In this document: in pieces, positions 41,201 to 53,968 of the stretch
Numbering within the stretch: the stretch's first letter is position 1
How the letters are laid out: each line of letters opens with the position of its first letter
From: Octopus vulgaris
Taxonomy: Eukaryota
DNA: 64,000 nucleotides
Assembly: GCA_951406725.2 (NCBI GenBank)
Contig: OX597828.1
Span: 49,414,001 to 49,478,000, forward strand
Reading direction: 5' to 3'
Made by a program: the position numbers and the translations under genes
Notes under the pieces: model-generated
Database searches by the model: none
What the model saw: the letters and a program-made list of their open reading frames with translations, nothing else
What the model was told of the DNA's origin: nothing

Positions 41201-43295
41201 TTACCATTCCATCAACAATGAATCCATCTTCCATCTTTCCTATTACTTCCATTTTGGAAAGCAGGTTTTTTTTATTATTTTTTCTTGTTTTTGTTTTATA
41301 TATATATATATATTTATATTCGTTATTGTATTATTAATAATTTCTGCTTCAGAAATTCAACGACGCCATAAAGACTTATTTAATGGTTGATGCAGATCTC
41401 ATGGTGAACGCTTGAAGAAGAAGAAGGAGGAGGAGGAGGAGGAGAGGAGGAGGTAGTAGTAGTAGTAGTAGTAGTGCTGGTGGTATTGTATCTTAATGTC
41501 AACAGTGACGATTTAATGGAATTTTTCACTTCTTGAAAATTGAGTGAAAATTTTCAAATTTGGTATATTGATGTAATTTTTCATGCTGAATCTGATGTTA
41601 TTCACTCGGTCCGGAAAAATGTTACATCGGTTTAAAGTTTCATTAATATTACTCAATCATTTAAAAAAACGGATTTGGAAGCTGGCATTTTCTGCGTGAT
41701 AATTTTCATTAAACAAAATGAAATCAATATATTAGGCCGACAAAAGTTGTAAGAAGTTTCGAAGTTTAAATAAATTTAAATGAATAAAGTCATGCGAAAC
41801 GCTGGAACAGGCGATATTAAAAGGAGCAAGAAATTACAAAAAAGAAGAAAAAAAACTACGTTATACAATTGTTGTTCTGTTCATGTAAACAATTAATGAA
41901 AATTCAAAAATGAAAGTTTGAAATACACTAGGTGGTGGTGTATACAACCGATGCTGGTGTGTTTACGTCCCCGTAACTTAGCGGTTCGGCAAAAGACACC
42001 GATAGAATAAGTACTAGGCTTACAAAGAATAAGTCCTGGGGTCGATTTGCTCGACTAAAGGCGGTGCCCCAGCATGGCCACAGTCAAATGACTGATACAA
42101 GTAAAAGAGTAAAAGAATATAGATACGTAGAGTTTGAAGTAGTTTCAAGCAGACGATAGCTTGGCTTGTTATGGAAACAGATACCAATGTATCCGTGGAT
42201 TAGAGTGGCTAAAGTTACTAAATTTGTAAACATTAAAAGCTATGTCAAAAATTAATTTCATTTGGGATGGAAGCACTCGATTACGACGATGAATCAACGG
42301 AACAACCTGCTCGTGAAATTAACGTGTACGTGGCTGAGCACTCCACAAACACGTGCACCCTTAACGTAGTTCTCGTGACACAGAGAGCGACAAGGCCAGC
42401 CCCTTGAAATACAAGTACTACAGAAACAGGAAGTAAGAGTGAAAGAGTACAGCAGGGATCACCACCATCCCCTGCCGGAGCCTCGTGAAGCTTTTAGGTG
42501 TTTTCACTCAATAAACACTCACAACGCCCGGTCTGGGAATCGAAACCGCGAGTCCGCTGCCCTAACCACTGGGCCATTGCGCCTCCACACTTATCCAAAT
42601 ACTGGGTTCATTAATAAAAGCCAGCACTTATTTTGTATCCGAGTACGTCTATTTAAGCAATGAGTTTGTGGATGGTTAATGGGTTGGATGAGTGTCGGAG
42701 AAGCAAAAACTCTTGAAATATGCCATATACACTCATTACTAATTTTTCGTCTTTGATTTTATTGTTGTTTACATTAGGCGCACTAGGATACGAAACGTCG
42801 TGACAAAATCAGCGGTGGCTATAATTTCTATAGAAAATCTGTTGAGATAATCTTCGCAACCAATGAAATCGGTCCAGTGACCCCACAAGCGGAAGTTGAA
42901 ACTGTTTGCTGTCATAGGTGCATTGGCAACAAAGAGTCTATCGTTGGAGAAAAGGAACCGTGAAAATTAAATAGCATTTTGGGTTTTGGGAGTTTTTTTG
43001 TAAAGAATTCAATGAAAGAAAGCAAATAAAAAGTAAGGCTTAAAAAAAAAAAAATTAATTGAAAGAAAATTATGAAATAACTCTTTTGATTTACCGCTAG
43101 AAAAAACAGTCAAAATTTATACACCAAAATATAATTATTTTATTTAAACATAATATTTAAACCAATTGTTTGGAAAACAACCATGCTCTTTATACTAATA
43201 AAATTAAATCATTTTTGGTAATTTTAATCCCATATATTATTCCTAAAAATTTTTTAAATTTTCGTGCAATCTACATCACAAAAACATACACATAC

Positions 43296-43346
<51 letters not shown>

Positions 43347-43388
43347 CATACATACATACATACATACATACATACATACATACATACA

Positions 43389-43417
<29 letters not shown>

Positions 43418-43419
<2 letters not shown>

Positions 43420-43614
43420 TTATTTTATAGAAGGAGCTTCTACAGGACTAGAACTGTTTCGTTCAAATGAAATCTTCAGAAAGCTTCCTGAAGATTTCAT
43501 ATGAATGAAACAGTTCTAGTCCTGTAGAAGCTCCTTCTATAAAATAAATTAATTTACTCTGCTATGTATTGAGTACCTTATTAACTGTGGCTAACCCCGA
43601 CTCAACCCGGGACC

Positions 43615-43617
<3 letters not shown>
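43418..43617. mobile_element. Loop-less palindrome (66-bp arms) with hammerhead-like cores on both strands plus a one-sided tail; Penelope-like pLTR remnant
   Basis: Centre aag|ctt at 43483/43484, 3 mismatches. CTGAAGA-tttcaWWtgaaY-GAAAC on each strand, AATAAA, then ~68 bp of tail to (TA)n. Confidence 0.7.
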
Positions 43618-43657
<40 letters not shown>

Positions 43658-43887
43658 AGTTGAGCAAGCACTATATGAGAGAGGTTTTCTTTAAGTATTA
43701 GAAATAGTTTTAAAAAAGTTTTTTAGCTGCTATTTCTAATGAGTTCAGTATGCGGCAAAGTAATTTATTTTACTAAGCCCTTTTATATAATGTAATAATT
43801 TGAATTCGCCTTAAATGGTCCCTTTGCATACTGAGCACTTGGTGAAATTGATTAATAATTAATTAATTTTTTTACCCTCAATTGTTG

Positions 43888-43998
<111 letters not shown>

Positions 43999-44522
43999 GT
44001 GTGTGTGTAGCGAATCTTGCATGCATGGAGCAGATTCGATCCACCACAGCCAAATATAAATCAACACTGCTACAGAACTTTTCCCACGATGGAACAATGG
44101 TTTTTCTCTGACAGCAGATACCATTAGCTAGGCCGAAATAATGTCTTCACCACTTGACCCTTTCTAACCTCTTCTACTTCACCAAAGCTAGAACAGATAA
44201 CAAGACCACCAACTAAATCTATTGTTCTCAAAGATATATCTATCCTTCTGGATCTTAATATAAGCAAGCACATCCCAAGCAAAAATCAGTCACCAACTGG
44301 TGACAACTCAACGAGGTCTGGCTGACCAACCTTGGTCAGAGGGAGAAAGCCACTGTGAGACAACACCCTATAATTCCCTCTAGCTCTAATTCTTTTCTCG
44401 CACAACATCATTCTATCTCTCTCTCTGTAATTACTACTAACTATACGTATACATAAAACTATGTAAAGAAACATTCTACAGCAGCAAACTTAACTTTCGC
44501 AGGCTTTTGGATTTATCAACCT

Positions 44523-44938
44523 GGATCTTTTCCGTTTGAACGGCAGTTTTTTAAAATAATTTCCACGCAACTGAACACTTTTAAACTTCGTATACTGGTA
44601 GAATGTGTTTATAAAACATCTTTTTCTCTTGGCTTTCTTGAGAAAATTCTATAGTTTGTAAGATATTTGTTGTTGTTTTCCTTCAATTTCTGCAGTTTCA
44701 ACCAATCAATGACGTCCATTGAGGTGAAAACATTCTGTGCCGTATGAATATGTCCCTCGTTTAAGAAACAGATTGGGTTTATTTACATTTCTGAAGAAAG
44801 AAAGATACCCTTCCCCCACCCCTAACCCTAACCCTAAAACAGATTGAAATGCAATAGATCGATTCTAGGGTCATAATTATGGGTGACAATTTCATATGAC
44901 ACCGCTAGAAAAAACTGCCGTTCAAACCGAAAAGATCC
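44523..44938 (+). mobile_element. MITE with GGATCTTTTCsGTTTGAACGGCAGTTTTT TIRs and internal (CCCTAA)3; Merlin-like
   Basis: ~30-bp TIRs. Flanks atcaacct and ctcaacct (7/8 TSD match). Confidence 0.85.
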
Positions 44939-46769
44939 CTCAACCTGCTCGTCGAGTAGTAACGGTAAATAAACTCGTCGAGTAGTAAAGTAACGGTAAA
45001 TAAACATTTCCTTAAAACTTTATACATCGTGCATCTTTCTCATCATTCACATCCTACAGTATTCAAACATATCAACATTTGAACTCAGAATGCAAAGACG
45101 GACAAAATGCCAACGTGCTAGCGATTCTGCTAGCTTACCGCTTTAAATATCGAAAATAGTATCGTTCTGAGATTACATGAGAACTCTTGAATAGGTACTC
45201 AGCGTTTACAAGTGTTCCAAGGGTAGATGGACTGACCTACTTAAGCAGTAAACTAGAAGAGAAATACTTCGTGTCCGTAGAAAGTTATGCATGTGTACAT
45301 ATCCCACAAGCCAGAGAATACCAACAACAACAACATTGATAATAATAGATCTTCTTTGGATCTGTGAAGGATATATCACATCTCATCTAGAAGGCTACAT
45401 CTCTACTATCCGCAAACAAAATACCTGATAAGCGAGAGAGATAAGCACGTTTCTAGACCTCCACATTGTTACTGAAAAGGCAAATTGTTTTATAGGAGTG
45501 TGGAAGATATCACACATATGGTCAGTAGGTGTCTGAAAATGACCACTAGATACTATCTTTCCATGGGATATAACATAGTCGCTAAGGCAGTCTGCAATGC
45601 TATTTGCAGCAAGGATTGTCTCGATGGTCATATCCAACACTCCGTCGGGTACGACAAGGGTTCCAGTTGACCCGACCAACAGAACGGCCTCCTCGCGAAC
45701 TTAATGTACAAATGGCTGAGCACTCCACAGATACGCGAGCCCTTAACGTAGTTCTCAGGGAGATTCAGCATGACACAGAATATGACGAGGCTGGCCCTTT
45801 GAAATACAGACGTTACACCTTTTTCGCCAGTTAAGTGGACTGAAGCAACGCGAAATAAAGCATCTCGCTGAACGATCGGACGCGCCGCCGGGAATCGAAC
45901 TCACGACCTCACGACTAAGCCATTCCCCTCGCTTGGTCATACAAAAGGCATACCAGAACCATAATGTATCCACACTTTTAAGAATAAAGAATAATGATGG
46001 AATATATCGATTTGGTATAAAAACAATAGTGTGATATTGCTGTATGGGATAAAAAGTTCATTATCCTCATCATCATTCGACGTGGATGAAGAACCAATCC
46101 CAACCAATTCAGATTCACAATACGAGTTGTACTATTGATCCTTTCGATTACTGGATAATTTTTTTTTTTTTAAGTGGCTCTCATAACCTCCGTTCGGTTG
46201 ATTTTCCTGAGTCACCGCCTCATCTTTGTACAGCTGAGTGAACTGGAGCAATATGCTAGTTAAGCCATAACTGGGACCCTAATAGTGGTTAAGAGGTAGT
46301 TACACACTTCTCAAAACCCTGGACCGGAGCTACACTACCGGATGTGGTTCAAAGTCATACCCAAGACACAAACGTTCTTAGTGACTGGCTTGAATTTGGC
46401 AAAGGAAAAAAAAATGTCAAAGAAACACACACACACACAGTGGCACACATACATATCCTATATACAATGACTTCCATGTCTGCACCCATCTATGTGTCTG
46501 CAGATGCACATATGTATGCAGTGGTTAGCGTGGTGTTGAGACTCCACGGGGCAGCTGCTTCCTGTGCGTGTTTCCTGTTGTTGGTGTGTTACATTTAAGG
46601 AAAGACAGCCAGTTTGGCTGCCGCATAGGGCGGCCAATATCCGCGATATACTGCTCTGTATAAGTGTGGTCTTCCTTTGCATATATGTGCGCTACAGACA
46701 TATGTACACACACATATACATACATACATACATACATGCCTACATATATATATATATGTGTGTGTGTGT

Positions 46770-47101
46770 GAAGGCGCATGGCTCAGTGATTAGAGCGTCG
46801 AGCTTACGATCGTGAGGTTATGAGCTCGAATCCCGGACCGGGCTGCGTGTTGTGTTCTCGAGCAAGGCACTTTATTTCACGTTGCTCCAGTTCACTCAGC
46901 TGTAGAAATGAGTTGCGACGTCACTGGTGCCAAGCTGTATCGACTTTTGTCTTTCCCTTGGATAACACTGGTGGCGTGGAGAGGGGAGGCCGGTATGCAT
47001 GGGCGACTGCTGGTCTCCCATAAAACAACCTTGCCCGGACTTGTGTCTAGGAGGGTAACTTTCTAGGTGCAATCCCATGGTCATTCATGACCGAAGGGGG
47101 C
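46770..47101 (+). mobile_element. Full-length SINE family D
   Basis: A-box-like tggctcagtgattag, B-box-like gagctcgaatccc, and CORE-like gtgttctcgagcaaggcacttta...cactcagctgtagaaatgag. Confidence 0.9.
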
Positions 47102-47299
47102 CTTTACTCTATATATATATATATATATATACAAATTGAGATAGAGGTTGCAAATTCAACCCTCCATGGGATAACATATGTTCTTATGTAGTGGTTCAAT
47201 AAAGTATGTGATTGGGTATTATCTGGTAGTTGATTAATGATTTAGATGTATTTCTCCATTTTCGGATTTTGCATGTGTATATATATTCTGAGACCCACT

Positions 47300-47623
47300 T
47301 CGGTCACGATACTGACCATGGGATTGCACCTAGAAAGTTACCCTCCTAGTCACAAGTCTGGGCAAGGTTGTTTTATGGAAGACCAGCAGTCACCCATGCA
47401 TACCGGCCTCCCCTCTCCACGTCACCGATGTTGTCCAAGGGAAAGGCAAGGGATGATACAGCTTGGCACCTGTGACGTCGCAACTCATTTCTACAGCTGA
47501 GTGAACTGGAGCAACGTGAAATAAAGTGTCTTGCTCAAGAACACAACACGCAGCCCGGTCCGGGATTCGAGCTCACAACCTCACGATCGTATATATATAT
47601 GAAGGCACATGGCTCAGTGGTTA
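47300..47623 (-). mobile_element. SINE family D with its 5' head segment inverted
   Basis: The body is on the minus strand to 47590. Head gaaggcacatggctcagtggtta lies on plus at 47601-47623. Confidence 0.75.
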
Positions 47624-47627
47624 TATA

Positions 47628-49119
47628 TCTCTTATTATAAAAGGCAGATTTTATCTGCCTCCCTTTGGGAGTTATACAAATCTACAATATAGGATTTCTT
47701 CAATTACAATTTACCTAGCAGTTTTAAGAGTACAATGCATCGCGTCATACCAGGTCCAGTTTTTAAAATTTAAACTCCAATTAAGCAAAATTTACAGAAA
47801 ACTCACATTCTGGTGTGTGTGTCAAATGCTTTTCTTAGTCTGGTTTACACCACACGCAAACGCACACACACAGTGGGCAAGGAATAAAATGAAAGTAATT
47901 CACTAACTGTAGTGAGTGATTCTTTCACTCTGCCTCCCACTTCCTCTTTACACACATAGAAAAAACTTTTATTTTTTTACATAAGTAATGAGAGCGAAAG
48001 AGACTAAGAGAAAGCGATTGTATGACGAGCGAAGTTCCTTTGAAGTTACCGTGCATGGGACTCATTGATGTACATGTGTGTGTGTGTGTGTGTTTGATGG
48101 AGTGTGGGAGACAGACAGTATGTTGTGTAAGTGAAGTGCTTCTGTTAGTGTGTGTGAAGAGACAGAGAGAGTAATGTGTGAAAGAGAGAGATAACTGACA
48201 TTTTTTACTCGGTTTATGTGTATATGTATGTATGCATGTATGTGTGTGTGTATGTATGTGTGTGTGTATGTATGTATTTATATATAAAAGAAAGGTTGTG
48301 TGTCTGTCTACTCCGATTTAGATTCCTAACTACTCCCACATTTTGCGATGCAGTTTAACCAAAACCGGGTATCTTATAGTCGTGATTCATATCGAGCCCT
48401 TCTGGGTATTAGCGCGCGTCTACGATGAGTCTATGATTTTACAAATAATTTACCATCATTTTTTTCCATTTTAATGCATATTTTTAAAAATAAACGGAAG
48501 TAACTCTCAAACTTCACACCAATATGCGTGCTCATATGCGACGTAATATCACATCACCAGCATTTCCTCACACTCTCCTTGCACTTGGCGAAGGCAAAAT
48601 ACCAGGGGATGAAAATGGTAATATTGCCATCGATTCCATTTGTACCATTGTTAAGACGCCTTCTGATCTCAGAGATGCAGTGTTCCCAGATTTACAAGCT
48701 AATTATCAGAATATGGATTGGATTGGCAAAAAGGCTATACTGGCCCCGAGGAATAAAACTGTTCACCATATTAATGATGAAATGCTAAAACTCATTCCTG
48801 GGGAAGTCGATGTATATCAGTCTATCGATACAACTCCTGACCCAGAGGACGTCATCAACTATCCAATAGAGGTACTCAATTCCTTTGAGCACCCCGGACT
48901 ACCACCACACTTTCTCAAACTTAAAGTTAGTGCCCCTATAATGCTCATCAGTAATTTGGTTCCCCCAAAACAATGCAATGGCACACGTTTGGCGTTAAGT
49001 CCTTATCTCCCACCGTAAGCTTATTTCAATATTTGCCTGAATAATCATCATAATTCAGTGCAATCATTAACAGTACTTTCAAGCAATTCAGCCCCGAGCA
49101 ACGCCGGGCAATTCTGCTA

Positions 49120-49120
<1 letters not shown>
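47628..49120 (+). mobile_element. Helitron (composite, non-autonomous) with helicase remnant
   Basis: 5' end A|TCtcttattataaaag. 3' hairpin gccccgagcaacgccgggc then CTAG|T. No TSD. Confidence 0.9.
48524..49018 (+). pseudogene. PIF1-family helicase fragment of Helitron RepHel
   Basis: NMRA..LLALGEG, AILAPRN..V..IN, YQSID, YPIEVLNS..PGLPPH.LKLKV.APIML..NL.P..CNGTRL. Truncated at both ends. Confidence 0.92.
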
Positions 49121-49154
<34 letters not shown>

Positions 49155-49169
49155 CATATATACAGATAC

Positions 49170-49943
49170 TCCACCTAGACAAGTTAAGATTTATAACTGG
49201 GACACTATAATTGGGGCACTTGGATATGTAACCACTTGTATAATGCCTCAGCACCAATCTTGAGGAATTAGGATTCTTAAAACTAGAAAGAAGAAAGCTA
49301 ATTAGAATATTAGAAATCAGTGGAACTATATAAATATGTAAAACATTTCAAAAGTTTAGCACATAAGTACATATGCACATGTCTAGATGTGCAACAGTGT
49401 ATATGAGGATATATGCTCTTTTTACTCTTTTACTTGTTTCAGGCATGTGACTGTGGCCATGCTGGAGCACCGCCTTTAGTCGAGCAAATCGACCACAGGA
49501 CTTATTCTTTGTAAGCCTAGTACTTATTCTATCGGTCTCTTTTGTCGAACCGCTAAGTAACGGGGACGTAAACACACCAGTATCGGTTGCCAAGCGATGT
49601 CGGGACAAACACAGACACACAAACACACACATATATATATATATACATATACATATATACGATGGGCTTCTTTCAGTTTCCGCCTACCAAGTCCACTCAC
49701 AAGGCTATGGTCGGCCCGAGGCTATAGTAGAAGACACTTGCCCAAGGTACCACGCAGTGGGACTTGACTCGAAACCATGTGGTTGGTAAGCAAGCTACTA
49801 ACCACACAGTCTCTCCTACGCCTAAAGACAAAACATACAGATATGTATATACCCTGACGTCTAATATTTGTACATATACACACAAGCATGTTGATGATGT
49901 TGAAATTGCAATGAAGGAGCTTTGGAACCAGGTTAGGAAGTGA

Positions 49944-49985
<42 letters not shown>

Positions 49986-50078
49986 CTCTCCTCTCTCTCT
50001 CTTTCTCCTATCTCTCTCAATCTCTCTCTCTTAGCAATAAATTTAAAACTAAAACTAAATAACATATGTACATACATA
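49170..50078 (+). mobile_element. Second R4/Dong-like LINE 3' end, interrupted by a SINE A
   Basis: IIGALGYVTTC..NLEELGFLKLERRKLIRILEISGT..ICKTFQKF. 3'UTR gttgaaattgcaatgaaggagc matches 31200-31305. Confidence 0.65.
49416..49822 (-). mobile_element. SINE family A
   Basis: Full length. Head-to-head with a partial copy at 50080-50244. Confidence 0.9.
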
Positions 50079-50248
50079 TAGACGTAGGAGTGGCTGTGTG
50101 GTAAGTAGTTTGCTTACAAACCACATGGTTTCCGGGTTCAGTCCCACTGAGTGACACCTTGGGAAAATGTCTTCTCCTATAGCCTCGGGCCGACTAAAGC
50201 CTTGTGAGTGGATTTGGTAGATGGAAACTGAAAGAAGCCCGTCGTATA

Positions 50249-50313
<65 letters not shown>

Positions 50314-50435
50314 CAGATAAAAATATCGTGTACATTAACCTTGTGCTAGAAAGAGCAGTAGAAAACTCAAACCACTAATTAGGGATAAATTCTCGAAAGG
50401 AATGAAAATAAAAACGTTTACCATCTAATTTAGTT

Positions 50436-50502
50436 CATAAACAATGGTTTCTGACTAATTTCAGTAAAAAAATATTTACTGAGACCAGTTTTCATCAGTA
50501 GG
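50436..50502 (-). ncRNA. Degenerate hammerhead-like motif
   Basis: CTGATGA-aa-actggtctcagtaaa..tttactgaaattagt-ca-GAAAC-catt-GTT. Strong stem II, decayed stem I. Confidence 0.45.
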
Positions 50503-50842
50503 TAGCCTTTAGATTTTAAATATACACACAACTAGATACAGACAGACAGTCAAACAGACAAAAGCAATTTGTAAGCAGAACAGAAAGTGTTTGCAAGATT
50601 TTTCTCAAGATCAACATGTGGCATTGTTTTTGTTATCTACATTCCAACGATGGAGTATTGTATCTTTGTTAGAAACCAGCTCCTTCCTCAGAAGAAGAAT
50701 TTCGATAACTAGAAATAAGAGAACACACATACATGCTGATATACATACACACATACATGCATGCATGCTCACGTGCGTACACGTATGATTGATTGGTTTG
50801 ACAATTATCATTAACCAACGAAGTGTTTCATGCACAATACTA

Positions 50843-51265
50843 GGATCTTTTCGGTTTGAACAGCAGTTTTTTCTAGTGGTGTCATATGAAATTGTCACCC
50901 ATAATTATGACCCTAGAATCGATCTATTGCATTTCAATCTCTTTTAGGGTTAGGGTTAGGGTTAGGGTGGGGGAAGATTATCTTTTTTTTCTTCACAAAT
51001 GTAAATAAACCCAATCTGCTTCTTAAACGAGGGACATATTCATACGGCACAGAATGCTTTTTAACTCAATAGACGTCACTGATTGGTTGAAATTTGCAGA
51101 AATTGAAGAAAAAAAACAACAAATATCTTACAAACTATAGAATTTTCTCAAGAAAGCCAAGAGAAAAAGATGTTTTATAAACACATTCTACCAGTATACG
51201 AAGTTTAAAATTTTTTAGTTACCTAGAAATTATGTTAAAAACTGCCGTTCAAACCGAAAAGATCC
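50843..51265 (-). mobile_element. Merlin-like MITE copy 2 with (TTAGGG)4
   Basis: Perfect 8-bp TSD caatacta at 50835-50842 and 51266-51273. GG-start TIRs. Confidence 0.9.
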
Positions 51266-52161
51266 CAATACTATTTCAACATGTCCTTTAATGAATGAAA
51301 ACTGTAACTATAGTAAGGTGAAACGGATTTAAACACGGCTGAAATGTTGCCTTAAATTCAGTATTACACGTACAAGGGTAACAACGAAAAAATAAAAATA
51401 ATAAGAAAGAAGAAAAAGGACGAAATGGATTGATGATGCAGCAGAGTTCAGAATTAATTAGAATTAAAATGTTAATCATTAACTTACAGCGACTAACAAT
51501 TAACAATTACTTTCCATTCAGAGAGAAAAACTTTCATTTTAATACATGTAATCTTTAGCTTAAAGCCTCAACTTCTGTTGGGTTATTTCTTCATTAAGTC
51601 AAATTACTTTTCGTCTAGCTAAACAGGCGTTCGTTCGTTAGTGGCTGGAATGTGAAGCAGCCATTATTATAACAGCGACTTGAGTTTCTCTTTAAGATTT
51701 GACTGCACGTATTAACACGAGACGACCATTAATAGCACAGACGAACGTTTACCGCGTTATATTATTATGGAAACACTTACAGCCAACAATTTTCCTCGTC
51801 TCTCTAATTATATCATGTTTTCGAGCCAACTAAAATTGTATCGACATTTTTTTTCTTTCTTCTGCTACCCACCTATTATATATTATTAATTACATCGTTA
51901 TAATATTTCTGGCTCACAGAAATTCAATTTTATTCAGAAATCTTTTACAATCTGTTCTCGGCATCAATTAATTTACATTTTAACTTATTTTTTTTTAAAA
52001 AAAAGAAGAAAAAAAAAAAGAAAAAAGAAATTGTTATTCTCATGTCTTGTAATAATTTTATAAATAACAGTTTTTCTTGAAATCATCCCTTACGATGATT
52101 AATGTATAAAACAGAAATAATGGAGATGGCGTATATCCGGAAAACCGCTCTTTTTCCAGAA

Positions 52162-52201
52162 ACACTACTACTACTACTACTATTACTGCTGCTGTTTCTG
52201 T

Positions 52202-52261
<60 letters not shown>

Positions 52262-52395
52262 TACTACTACTACTACTACTGTTGCTGCTGCTACTATTGA
52301 TGGTGCTGCTGTTACCACCACCGTCGTCACCACTATTACTACAACTACCTCCACCACCACAACCACCACCGCCGCCACTGCGCTAGTAGCAGTAT

Positions 52396-52427
<32 letters not shown>

Positions 52428-52434
52428 TTAGTAT

Positions 52435-52466
<32 letters not shown>

Positions 52467-52475
52467 TTGCTACTG
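52162..52475. repeat. (ACT)n tract followed by its complement (AGT)n
   Basis: Strand switch near 52383. Confidence 0.85.
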
Positions 52476-52810
52476 CTGTATTGCTGGATATATTTTGCCA
52501 TGCAAAAACAAACGAAACAGTAGACCAGGGATTATCAATCTTTTTCACTTCATGAAACACTGGAAATCAAATGAAAAAAATTAATGGTTCATTTCGTACA
52601 AAACTTTTTGTCACATCTACGTTAAAAAAATTTTTTAAACATCATGTTTATTTATCATAAATGTATATAAAAAAAAATGTGGAATAACACGTTATGTTGA
52701 CTTCGACGGGATTTGAACTCCGACCGCAGCGAATCAAAACAGGTACAGTATCCAACGATCTAATGGATCAGACAAAATAGTAACGAACTGGTAGAATCGT
52801 TAGCATGCCG

Positions 52811-53232
52811 GGATCTTTTCCGTTTGAACGGCAGTTTTTAACATAATTTCCAGGTAAATAAAAAATTTTAAACTTCGTATACTGGTAGAATGTGTTTATA
52901 AAACATCATTTTCTCTTGGCTTTCTTGAGAAAATTCTGTAGTTTGTAACATATTTCATCTTTAATTTCTTGCATTTCGGCAATTTTAACCAATCAATGAC
53001 CGTCTATTGAGGTGAAAGCATTCTGTGCTGTGTGAATATGTCCCTCGTTTAAGAAACACATTGGGTTTATTTACATTTGTGAGGAAAAAAAGATACCCTT
53101 TCCCCACCCCTAAGCCTAACCCTAAATCTAAAAGAGATTGAAATGCAATAGATCGATTCTAGGGTCATAATTATGGGTGACAATTTCATATGACACCGCT
53201 AGAAAAAACTGGCGTTCAAACCGAAAAGATCC
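52811..53232 (+). mobile_element. Merlin-like MITE copy 3, inside a family-B SINE, no TSD
   Basis: Both TIRs present. The left flank is a SINE-B head and the right flank a SINE-B tail. Confidence 0.85.
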
Positions 53233-53344
53233 GAACTTTCCCCAATAATTTCAGACCTTATGCATATGGTATAAAGAAAACACACAGACACACACACAAA
53301 CACAAACACACAGACACACAAACACACACACACACATATATATA

Positions 53345-53968
53345 AGTGTAATAGTTATATCTTAAAAATCATAATAAAGATAAATATATAATACTAGCAA
53401 TATTGTATTGATAAATAAATAAAGTACAGCGATGATTAATAAAACGTTTTAAAATGTTCAAAAAGTTCATTTCAATAATTATCGCTGTACTTTATTTATT
53501 TATCAATACAATATTGTTAATATTATATACTCTTTTACTTGTTTCAGTCATTTGACTGCGGCCATGCTGGAGCACCGCCTTTAATCGAGCAACTCGGCCC
53601 TGGGACTTATTCTTTTGTAAGCCCAGTACTTATTCTATCGGTCTGTTTTGCCGAACCGCTAAGTAACGGGGGACATAAACACACCAGCATCGGTTGTCAA
53701 GCAATGCTAGGGGGACAAACACAGACACACAAACACACACATGCATATATACATATATACGGCGGGCTTCTTTCAGTTTCCGTCTACCAAATCCACTCAC
53801 AAGGCTTTGGTCGGCCCGAGGCTATAGTAGAAGACACTTGCCCAAGGTGCCACGCAGTGGGACTGAACCCGGGACCATGTGGTTGGTAAACAAGCTACTT
53901 ACCATACAGCCACTCCTGCGCCTATATACTTATCTTTATTATGATTTTTAAGATACAACCATTACACT
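53345..53968. repeat. Fold-back inverted repeat (~100-bp arms) whose right arm is split by a SINE A (53530-53922)
   Basis: The left arm 53345-53443 pairs with 53478-53530 plus 53923-53968. tatatac occurs on both SINE flanks. Confidence 0.8.

Noticed and set aside
46770-46845. tRNA genes at SINE heads
   Set aside because: A and B boxes are present, but the acceptor stems are incomplete and run into SINE bodies.
50944-50967. (TTAGGG)4 as a telomere or fusion scar
   Set aside because: It is an internal part of a TSD-flanked MITE and is present in all three copies.
51646-51665. tggaatgtgaagcag resembling miR-1
   Set aside because: Only the seed region matches and I see no precursor hairpin.
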